NCBI GenBank assembly: GCA_051418015.1
Contig: JBPRGF010000024.1
Span: 64,001-128,000 of the forward strand
Reading direction: 5' to 3'
DNA length: 64,000 nt
From: Candidatus Nitrospinota bacterium M3_3B_026
GTDB taxonomy: Bacteria > Nitrospinota_A > UBA7883 > JBPRGF01
This document shows positions 28,953 to 37,064 of the stretch, in pieces. Position 1 is the first letter of the stretch. Every line of letters starts with the position of its first letter. The translations under genes were made by a program, and so were the position numbers. The notes under the pieces were generated by a model. The model was given only the letters and a program-made list of their open reading frames with translations. It was not told the origin of the DNA and did no database searches.

Positions 28953-29447
28953 ATGTCTCGCGGAGTCTTCAAAAGGTTCGCCGCCGCGGTGTTCCTTGCG
29001 CTCATTCTGGCGGCGTGTGGGCAGGGCGGCTCGTCCTCCAAGGCGGACGACTCTTCCAACGATGATAACGGCGGCGGGGAGCAGGAACAGCCGGTCCATT
29101 CCGTCCCCCAGTGGCTGATAGGGACGTGGCAGGTGGTGCGCATAAGGTTCGGCAACAACGTGGAGCCTTACGGGCTGTACCTTACCGTGGGGGAGTCCTC
29201 GTTCGAATACCACTACCCGGAGTGCGACGTCGAGGGGACACTGGTCATGGAGCCGTCGCTTCCCATGCACGCCGCGAACGAGTACACCATGACCATGACG
29301 TGGGCCGACTGCGACCGGCAGTGGGACATCCCGACATACGCGGGGTCGGAGGACATGGGGGAGATATGGTCCGACGACGGCGGCAGGGGTTTTTTCAGGA
29401 TGTCGTGGTATTACGATGTGCTTTGGATCTATCATAGGACGGAATGA
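28953..29447 (+). CDS. Putative lipoprotein (lipocalin-like LIGTW motif)
   Basis: LAAC lipobox, low-complexity linker and WLIGTWQ. Confidence 0.7.
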   Translation: MSRGVFKRFAAAVFLALILAACGQGGSSSKADDSSNDDNGGGEQEQPVHSVPQWLIGTWQVVRIRFGNNVEPYGLYLTVGESSFEYHYPECDVEGTLVMEPSLPMHAANEYTMTMTWADCDRQWDIPTYAGSEDMGEIWSDDGGRGFFRMSWYYDVLWIYHRTE

Positions 29448-29457
29448 CGCTTTTGAT

Positions 29458-31773
29458 ATGATCCGTTCCCGTCTCGCCCTGGCCGCGGCGCTTTTGATCG
29501 CGGGGATAGCGGTTCGCGCGCCGTACATCGCGCGTTATCACGACGTGGTCAACCTCGACGAGGCGACTGTCGGAGTGATGGCCCTTGACGTCCTGGCGGG
29601 CGACATACCACTTTTTTTCTACGGGCAAAAATACTTCGGGCCGTTCGAGGCTTTTTTCCTCGCCGGGGCTTTCAAGCTTTTCCCTGTCACATCGCTGACC
29701 CTTCGCCTGACAATCGCGGCGATGTCGTTTGCGGCGGTCTTCTTTTTCTGGCTCGGCGCAAGGAGGATCATGGGGAGAGAAGGCGCGCTGATGACGGCGG
29801 CGTTTTTGCTGATTCCACCGCCGATTCTTTCCATATGGTCGTCGCTGGCCAGCGGCGGGCACGTTGGCGGCTTGCTGCTTGGCGGGATGGTTTTCTGGCT
29901 CGGCGCGCGGGTCATAGAATTGAGGTCGCGGGGGGCGATTTTCTTTTTTTTGTACGGCGCGCTTATCGGGTTTTCCACGTGGATGCATCCCGGCGTCCTG
30001 CTGTTCGTGGCGGGAGCCGCCGTCGCCGCCGTCATCGCGGATCCGCGTCTTCTGGCAAGCCGGGCCGTCCCGTCGACGATCGCCGGGGCGGCGCTCGGCG
30101 GCGCGCCGTTGTGGGTAGTCACCTTTTACGAAAAATTCAGGACATTCCAGTTCGGCCAGGAGCGCGCCGCGGGGCGTTCGCTGGAGGCGATGGCTTCCGA
30201 CCTGGTGGTCTCCATCGAAAACGTCCCGCCTCTCATGGGCTTCGAGCTTTTTCCAGCGCCGTTCGGCGGCATCGCCTCTTACATCTTCGCGGCGCTTATT
30301 GCGGCGGGCCTTATCTTTGCGTTGCGCCCGCGGGATTTTTTTTCCGGCGGGAGCGCCGCCGTGGTCATCGGGGCGGTGGTGATGGCCCTGAACGTGGCGC
30401 TCTACGCCCTGGTGGACGCGAACAAGTGGGGATGGGTTCAGTATCGCTATTACCTCCCATTCGTAGCGGGAACGGCCCTTGTCCTCGGCTATCTTTTCAA
30501 AACGCTTTACGGGAGATGGAAATTTTTGGGCGGCGCGTTTTGCGCGGCGGTTATCGGCGTGAACCTGGCGGCGAACGTTATGACCGCCGCCGGGGCGGAG
30601 CGCTTTTACAGGATGGACACGCGGCTGGACGAGCGTTTTTTTCTTTATGACAGGCTCCTGCCCTCCCTCGATGCGCTGAATATAACCGATCTCTACGTCC
30701 GGCTGTACGACGACGCGCCGATAGCTTTCGAAAGCCGGGGCCGGATCGCCGCCGTCGCCTACAGCGACTCGCGCCTCAGAAAAAGGAGCCTGGCCGTGGA
30801 CGCCGCTCGCCGTCCGGCCTTCGCGTTCCTCAATCGGGAGAAGGGCCGGTTCGACAAAGCTCTGGACGCCATCGGAGCCGCTTACTCCGTCTATAGGGAC
30901 GAGACGTACACCGTTTACCATGATATAAAGCCTCCGCCGTGGGAGTATGTCCCTCTCGATCTGTCTGGCGCGGAGGCCGGAGCCAGCCCAAACGGCGCCG
31001 GGGCGCGGTTCGCCATCGACCGGGATTTTTCCACCGTGTGGAACACAAGCCGCGAGCAAAAGGGGGACGAGTTTATACAGATAGACCTCGGGCGGGTGGA
31101 GATGGTGTCGCGGGTGGACATCCTGCCCTCGTGGATCACCGACGCTCCGGTGGGCGTGGCGGTGGACGTTTCGCTGGACGGGGGGTCGTGGCGAACCGTC
31201 GCGGAAGTGGAGGACCACAGGATGACAAGCTGGGCCGGGCCGCATCCCGTCAGTCACCTGTGGGAGGGGTTCAACCAGCTCATCTTCGAGCCTGCCCCGG
31301 CGCGTTTCGTAAAGGTCCGGCAGACGGGCGAAAGCCGCCTGCACTGGCACGTCCGCGAGATTTTCGTCTACGAGAGAACCCCCGCCGCGACCCCCGTCCC
31401 GGCGCCGGACTGGGACGCCGTCATGGCTTTTCTCAAGGCGGAGGGGGTGGAGAGCGTCATAGGCGACTTTTACTTCAGCGCGAACGTGGTCGCGCGAAGC
31501 GGAGGCGCCATTTGGGCCAACATCAGGCGGAACGAGTTGAACGAGGACGGCCGGGCGAAGTGGATATTCAGCCCCGGCGAGACCGGAGCCATCGCCGTGA
31601 CGGAAAGGGACGCCCGGCAGGTGAGAAGCTTCATGGACGCGCAGGGCTGGGGCCGCCGGGCGCGAAACTTCGGCGGGTATAGAATTTTTTACGATTTGAA
31701 TGTCCCGGAAGAGGACGCCGGAGGAAAATTCCGGTGGACGGGCAGCCACATCATCTGGATGAGCGGCGGATGA
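29458..31773 (+). CDS. GT-C (ArnT/PMT-like) membrane glycosyltransferase with discoidin/F5-8 type C domain
   Basis: NLDEATVGVMA...PLFFYGQKYFG, many TMs, and AIDRDFSTVWNT...QIDLG...ARFVKV...W.VREI.VY. Confidence 0.8.
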   Translation: MIRSRLALAAALLIAGIAVRAPYIARYHDVVNLDEATVGVMALDVLAGDIPLFFYGQKYFGPFEAFFLAGAFKLFPVTSLTLRLTIAAMSFAAVFFFWLGARRIMGREGALMTAAFLLIPPPILSIWSSLASGGHVGGLLLGGMVFWLGARVIELRSRGAIFFFLYGALIGFSTWMHPGVLLFVAGAAVAAVIADPRLLASRAVPSTIAGAALGGAPLWVVTFYEKFRTFQFGQERAAGRSLEAMASDLVVSIENVPPLMGFELFPAPFGGIASYIFAALIAAGLIFALRPRDFFSGGSAAVVIGAVVMALNVALYALVDANKWGWVQYRYYLPFVAGTALVLGYLFKTLYGRWKFLGGAFCAAVIGVNLAANVMTAAGAERFYRMDTRLDERFFLYDRLLPSLDALNITDLYVRLYDDAPIAFESRGRIAAVAYSDSRLRKRSLAVDAARRPAFAFLNREKGRFDKALDAIGAAYSVYRDETYTVYHDIKPPPWEYVPLDLSGAEAGASPNGAGARFAIDRDFSTVWNTSREQKGDEFIQIDLGRVEMVSRVDILPSWITDAPVGVAVDVSLDGGSWRTVAEVEDHRMTSWAGPHPVSHLWEGFNQLIFEPAPARFVKVRQTGESRLHWHVREIFVYERTPAATPVPAPDWDAVMAFLKAEGVESVIGDFYFSANVVARSGGAIWANIRRNELNEDGRAKWIFSPGETGAIAVTERDARQVRSFMDAQGWGRRARNFGGYRIFYDLNVPEEDAGGKFRWTGSHIIWMSGG

Positions 31774-31798
31774 CGCCCGGATCGCCGCCGGGAGGTTT

Positions 31799-34399
31799 TT
31801 ACCGCGCCACGCTTTCGATCCTGAATCCGTCCACGGTCAGCCGGGCCGCCCCGGTGGATATGACGTAAAACTCCACAGCGTCGTCTTCCGGTATGGAAAA
31901 GGGCAGCGCCGCGTCGCCATACTCCCATTCGCCCGGCATATCCTGTGCCATGACGGCCCGCCTCCCCAGCGCCTTCCCCGAGCTTGCCGAACGCGCCTCG
32001 ATCCAGGCGACGGTATCGGATGAATCCCCGGCGCCGCTCGTCTTCATCCTGAAACGCGCCGTGTAGTCTCCGGCCGACAGAATCCTCCCCGGCCCGCGAA
32101 TCACCATGTCGGCGGGATCCCTGCCGGGGATGGAGATGACGGCCTTTCCATCGCCAGCCTCCGCGTCGTGTTCTATCCCGCCGGTGTAGAACATCTCTTC
32201 CGCCTCGTACTCCCATGCCGGGTCGCTCCTGTCGGCGAAGAGTACGTAAACGCTGTCGAACCAGACCCTGGTCTCGCCAATGACATGCGCCCTGAACTCC
32301 ACCTGCCACGGTTGCCCCGGCTCGAGGCTGTATTCCAGCGTGAACTCCTGGTACTCGCCCGCGGCCGCGAAGCCCGCTCCAGCGATCTTGCGCTCCGCCA
32401 GGATGATCCGTCCCTCGTCGCCCGCGACGTCTATCCCCGCCAAGAGGCCGGGCAGTGAATTGTCATCCACCTTCAGCCTGAACACGGCCCTGTAGGCGCC
32501 CGCAGGGAATGTCATGTACGGCCCGGCGTTGATGACGCCATCTCCGTCTCCCTCCGTCGCGGGGGGGGCGGCGAGGGCCACGCCGTTTAAGGCGGCCGGG
32601 TCATCCACGGGTGTTCCGAGCCTTCTGTGGAGGCTCTCGGCCTGGATCATGTGTCCTATGGGCGAGGTGAAAAGAGGGGCGGCTTCCCCATTCCGTGGCC
32701 TGCTTGAAAGCTTCAGCAGCGTCAACGGCGGCTTTCGCTCCACGAGATCAAGATAAGGAGACGCGGCCAGCCGCTCGAGCGCCAGGGTCTGCGGATATGC
32801 GGAGACCTTCGGCGGGTACGCCTCCTCGTGGAAGACGACATGGGTCACGCCCATCTTTTTCATGAGCCTTGCCTGATCGCCGGTGATGTCCCCTGAGTTC
32901 ACGGGAAAAAGGGGCCAGAAGACATTGTCGATGTAGCTTTTCGACACGAGCGGGGTGTAGCCGTTTATCATCGGCGTCGCGCTCTCCACGGCGTAGTACT
33001 GGTATATGGACGACCACGAGCTTTCGCCCGGCCATATCGGAACGTTGAGGACTTTCGCGTCCTTCGTCCTGGCGATCCTTTCGTAAACCTTGTTGTCCCT
33101 GTCGAGCAGGCAGAGCCCTACTCCGCGTCCAGAGTGGTAGTCCACCGCGGCGAGGGCGGTCAGCCCGAGGATCAGGGCGGCGGCCGGTTTTTTGGCCCTC
33201 ATCGCCGCCGCCGTTACGATGGCCGCGAGGACGGCCAGAGCGGAGACGGTTATGACCATGATCTTCACCGGGGAGCGGGAGAGGTTGAAATATGGAAAAT
33301 GGTCGTAAAAAAGCGAGTATAGAGGAATCGCGCCGTTGAGGGTCGCGCCGAAGGCGAGAAAGTACGTCAGGGCGAAAACGGCGAGGAAGAAAATGGCGTC
33401 CGGCGCGCCCTTGCGTTTTTTCACAAGGCCGAAAGGGATCCAGGCCGCGGCGGCCGCGGCGGCTGCGAAGGGTATCCCGAGGTAAACGCTCCAGTTCGTC
33501 ACCGGGTCCCACGCCGCGGAGAGGGGAGGGGAAAAGAGCGCCACCTCGCCCATCGTTCTGCCGGATTCGAACGCGGCTCCGGAGACTATCTTCGTTTTGA
33601 AGTAGAGCATCCAGCCGATGGCGGCCAGTATCCCCGCCGCGAAAGGGACGCCCGCGATCATCAGCCGGGAAAGCTCCACCCCCGGCATTCCGCTTCTCAG
33701 CGCCTTCGCGATAGCCGGGGCCAGCCGCCAGGGGATGTAGGCCATCAGGAACATGAGGAGGAAGTAGGAAAAGAAGTTGTATTGAAGCGCGAGGACCAGC
33801 GCGCAGAGTCCTCCCATGGCTGAGCTGTTGACGCTCTTGAGTCTTACCGCCCTGTCGAAAAAGAAGAGAGTGAGGGGAAAGAGGAATATGGCGTGGCCGG
33901 AAGGGTGCCCCCCGAAAAGCTCCACCTGCCGCAGCGGGACGAAGTTAAACACCGTCGCCGCCACGAGCGCGCCAATCCTGGAGCCGGTCAACTCCTTCGC
34001 CCAAAGGTACATCGCTAAGCCCCCCGCCGCGAAAGCCATCAGCAGGAAGACGTTGTAAGCCAGGACGCCCGATATGAACGAAAAGGGTAAATATAGAACA
34101 GACAGCGGCAGAAAGTGCGTTGACGGCAGGGGCAGCTGATGCTCCGTTGAGAACTCGTAGGGGTTCGAGAAAAACTCTATCTGTCCCAGGAAAGCGTCCT
34201 TCAGAAGCCTGAAGTGGTAGTAGGCCTGGAGGTGGTCGCCTTGGAACATGAAGGCGGTTTCTCGCGCCGGGTCCTGGTTGTAGGCGTATGGGATCGCGTC
34301 AAACAGGCGCTCCGGCAGCGGCCAGGAGTAGACAAGGCTCGCCGCGGTGAAGAGGATGAAGACCAGGATTATCTCGCCCGGCCTCAGGACGTTTCTCAT
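31799..34399 (-). CDS. Polytopic membrane protein (YfhO/GT-C-like) with two C-terminal CBM-like repeats
   Basis: N-terminal GD motif, >10 TMs, MINGYTP, and two xAE...GP....G.Y.A.FR.K domains. Confidence 0.65.
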   Translation of the reverse strand: MRNVLRPGEIILVFILFTAASLVYSWPLPERLFDAIPYAYNQDPARETAFMFQGDHLQAYYHFRLLKDAFLGQIEFFSNPYEFSTEHQLPLPSTHFLPLSVLYLPFSFISGVLAYNVFLLMAFAAGGLAMYLWAKELTGSRIGALVAATVFNFVPLRQVELFGGHPSGHAIFLFPLTLFFFDRAVRLKSVNSSAMGGLCALVLALQYNFFSYFLLMFLMAYIPWRLAPAIAKALRSGMPGVELSRLMIAGVPFAAGILAAIGWMLYFKTKIVSGAAFESGRTMGEVALFSPPLSAAWDPVTNWSVYLGIPFAAAAAAAAWIPFGLVKKRKGAPDAIFFLAVFALTYFLAFGATLNGAIPLYSLFYDHFPYFNLSRSPVKIMVITVSALAVLAAIVTAAAMRAKKPAAALILGLTALAAVDYHSGRGVGLCLLDRDNKVYERIARTKDAKVLNVPIWPGESSWSSIYQYYAVESATPMINGYTPLVSKSYIDNVFWPLFPVNSGDITGDQARLMKKMGVTHVVFHEEAYPPKVSAYPQTLALERLAASPYLDLVERKPPLTLLKLSSRPRNGEAAPLFTSPIGHMIQAESLHRRLGTPVDDPAALNGVALAAPPATEGDGDGVINAGPYMTFPAGAYRAVFRLKVDDNSLPGLLAGIDVAGDEGRIILAERKIAGAGFAAAGEYQEFTLEYSLEPGQPWQVEFRAHVIGETRVWFDSVYVLFADRSDPAWEYEAEEMFYTGGIEHDAEAGDGKAVISIPGRDPADMVIRGPGRILSAGDYTARFRMKTSGAGDSSDTVAWIEARSASSGKALGRRAVMAQDMPGEWEYGDAALPFSIPEDDAVEFYVISTGAARLTVDGFRIESVAR

Positions 34400-34455
34400 G
34401 TTTTCAGGAAGAAAAAGACCATCTATGTCCAGCGGCGAGCCGATTCGCGTTCCTT

Positions 34456-34526
34456 TGCCGCCCTGGGCGGAGCGAAGAATTTCTCATTGCGTTGGAGAGA
34501 CTCTTCAGCGCCGGCTCAGAATGACA
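34456..34526. repeat. TGTC-type palindromic intergenic repeat (REP/MITE-like), degenerate copy
   Basis: TGCCGCCCTGGGCGGAGCGAAGAAT...CTCTTC...GCTCAGAATGACA, matching the copies at 61138 and 61237. Confidence 0.75.
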
Positions 34527-34632
34527 AGCTGACCCGCTATCCCATGTTATCGTGTTAATCTTGCTCCGCGAGAAAAGCTTATTATAGTAGATTAAACCTG
34601 TTTGGCCTGAATATCGGAGAAAACCGGTCCTC

Positions 34633-34654
34633 AGCCTCCTGGCGGGGCTTTTTT
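34633..34654 (+). terminator. Short intrinsic-terminator-like hairpin with U-tract just upstream of the GT2 start
   Basis: AGCCTC-CTGGC-GGGGCT followed by a T run. Confidence 0.4.
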
Positions 34655-34665
34655 ACGAAAACTTT

Positions 34666-35805
34666 ATGGACGGAAAAACAGCGCAGGACGCTTCGCCTCC
34701 GGTGAGCGTGGCGGTTATCAACTACAACGGCCGCGGCGTCCTGGAAGATACGCTGCGCTCCATCATGGAGAGCGCGTACCCCTCCTTCGAGGTGATCTTG
34801 GTGGACGACTGCTCCACCGACGACAGCGTGGAGTTCGTCAGGAAAAATTTCCCGCAGGTGAAAGTCTTCACGCAGCCTGAGAACAAGGGTCCCAACGCCG
34901 CCCGGAACCGCGCGCTGGCGGAGGCGAAAAACGATATCGTCCTTTTAAGCGACAACGACATGTCTCTGGAGCGCGGCTGCCTGCGGCTGTTGGTTGAGGC
35001 GCTGCTGGCGGACCCGGCGGCGGGGATCGCGACGCCGCTTGTCCTGGACTCGAAGGAGCGCGACAGGGTCTACTCCGACAGCGTGAGGCTCCACTACCTG
35101 GCTTACGGGATCATCCCCCTGCGCCACAAGAGGCTGCCGGACGATTTCGACTGGTCCATGCGGAGGATGGTGGTGGGGTCCGGGGGGATGATGCTGGTCA
35201 GAAAATCCACGGTGGCGCCGCTTGGCGGGTTTGATGAGGATTATTACTTTGGATATGATGACGGCGAGTTCACCCTGCGGGCCACGGCGTCGGGGATGGG
35301 CGTGTACTACGTTCCGCAGGCAAAAATATACCACGTGGAGTCGGCGGGACGGCCGAAGAACAAGCTCCGCCATTCCATCGGAAACAGGTGGTCCCTTATC
35401 CTGACGGTCTATTCCGGCAGGACGCTTTTTCTGCTGGCGCCCGCCTTCCTGGTTTTCGAGCTGACGCAGATTGCCTACCTTACGTTGAAAGGGGCGCCGG
35501 GCGAATGGCTGATCGGCCTTTCCCGCGCCGCAAGGAATCTGCCGGCGACGATGGAGAAGCGCAGGCGGCTCCAGGCCGGCAAAAAAGCCCCGGACGGGGA
35601 GCTTTTGACGTCGGGGGAGATATTCATGTTTCCTTACAGGTTGGGGGGAGGGCTGATGTCGGTGGCGAAAGCGGTCTTCGAGGCCTTTTTCAACGGTTAC
35701 TGGAGAATTGTCAGGCCCTTTCTCGCAGGGCGCCATGGCGCGGCAGGCGACACGCTGGCGCATGGGCGGCCCGCCCCGGGAATGACCCGGCGCCGGAAAC
35801 ACTGA
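34666..35805 (+). CDS. Glycosyltransferase family 2
   Basis: VINYNG, VDDCSTDDS, N.G...ARN, DND (DxD) and GGFDEDYYFG motifs. Confidence 0.93.
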   Translation: MDGKTAQDASPPVSVAVINYNGRGVLEDTLRSIMESAYPSFEVILVDDCSTDDSVEFVRKNFPQVKVFTQPENKGPNAARNRALAEAKNDIVLLSDNDMSLERGCLRLLVEALLADPAAGIATPLVLDSKERDRVYSDSVRLHYLAYGIIPLRHKRLPDDFDWSMRRMVVGSGGMMLVRKSTVAPLGGFDEDYYFGYDDGEFTLRATASGMGVYYVPQAKIYHVESAGRPKNKLRHSIGNRWSLILTVYSGRTLFLLAPAFLVFELTQIAYLTLKGAPGEWLIGLSRAARNLPATMEKRRRLQAGKKAPDGELLTSGEIFMFPYRLGGGLMSVAKAVFEAFFNGYWRIVRPFLAGRHGAAGDTLAHGRPAPGMTRRRKH

Positions 35806-36968
35806 TGAATTTTTACGAGCCCAAAGGCCACTTCACGGAAGTCCGGTTCGAGCTTACTAAGCTTTTCAACGGCGCTTACCCGGCGTTCGTGACAGCTGTC
35901 AGGCCCCGGGGCGCGCCGGAGAAAATCCCCTGCTTCTCATTCCACGACGTCGCGCCTGAGAAATTCGAGGCGCAGCTTCTCTTTCTGAAAAGGAACGGAT
36001 ACGAGACGGTCACCCTCGGCGAGTACCTGGAAAGAAAGGGGGAGGCCCGTGGCGAGCGGCTCGTTCTCCTGACCTTTGACGACGGCAGGGATTCCTTGTG
36101 GAAGGTGGCGTATCCGCTGCTTAAAAAAAACGGGATGAAGGCAGTGGCCTTTGCCCTGCCCGGGGAGATCCGCGCCATGGAGGGGACGGGGAGGACCTTT
36201 GGCGGAGGCGGGGGGGGCTTGGATAGCGAAAACGAACTCTGCTTTTGGCCGGAGCTGGAGGCGATGGGGGATGTCGTGGACGTACAGTCGCATTCGCTGT
36301 CGCACTTTGTCATGTTCGTGTCGGAGCAGGTTACCTGTTTTTTCACGCCCGCCATAAGGAAAAGGTGGATGAGGATAGACCTGCCCATCGTGAACGGTGG
36401 CGGCGTGGAGAGGGACTATTCTCTTGGAGCGCCCTTCTACGATATGGACTTGCGTCTTTCGGACAGGCCGAGGGTTTTCGAGCCGCCCCATATCCGCGAG
36501 CGGCTGGGAGAGATTGTCGAGAAGGGCGGAGGAGACGAGTTTTTCGAAAAGCCGGGATGGAGACGAGCGCTGATGAAGGCCCACGACGAGGCCGCCGCCG
36601 GAGCGAAGTTCGCGGTTGAAACCGAAGAGGAGGCGGAGGCGGCCGTGTTCCACGCCCTGTCGGAATCGAAACGAATCCTGGAGGAAAGGATGGCAAAACC
36701 GGTGACCGGCTTGTGCCTGCCCTTCGGCGCGGGCGGGAGGACGGCGATGAGGATGGCGGCCCGGGCGGGCTACGAAACGATCTTCTGGGGCGTGGCGGCG
36801 CCGGAATGGACGAAGGATTTCCCGGATCTTGCTCATGTAACCAGGATAAAAGACGACTACCTTCTCCGCCTGCCCGGCGAGGGGCGCGCGCCCTTGAGCG
36901 GCGTTTTCACGGAGAAGATCAGGCGAAGGCTCCGGTTCACCATCTCCGGCAAAGGGAGGTTGCGTTAG
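35805..36968 (+). CDS. Polysaccharide deacetylase (CE4/NodB-like) with large insertion
   Basis: FHDV, LTFDDG, QSHSLSH and LPFG motifs. TGATG coupling to GT2. Confidence 0.85.
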   Translation: MNFYEPKGHFTEVRFELTKLFNGAYPAFVTAVRPRGAPEKIPCFSFHDVAPEKFEAQLLFLKRNGYETVTLGEYLERKGEARGERLVLLTFDDGRDSLWKVAYPLLKKNGMKAVAFALPGEIRAMEGTGRTFGGGGGGLDSENELCFWPELEAMGDVVDVQSHSLSHFVMFVSEQVTCFFTPAIRKRWMRIDLPIVNGGGVERDYSLGAPFYDMDLRLSDRPRVFEPPHIRERLGEIVEKGGGDEFFEKPGWRRALMKAHDEAAAGAKFAVETEEEAEAAVFHALSESKRILEERMAKPVTGLCLPFGAGGRTAMRMAARAGYETIFWGVAAPEWTKDFPDLAHVTRIKDDYLLRLPGEGRAPLSGVFTEKIRRRLRFTISGKGRLR

Positions 36969-37064
36969 GGCCTCCGTTTTTTCAAGGCGCCAGATGACGC
37001 CGTGTGCTACACTTTCGCTCCGTGTTTTAGCCCGGCTTTTTAGAAGAAGTTAGAAGAAGTTTTA

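Noticed and set aside
37040..37062. TTAGAAGAAG tandem duplication before the DUF2079 start
   Set aside because: Only two short copies are present. This is compatible with slippage or an RBS region, with no further support.
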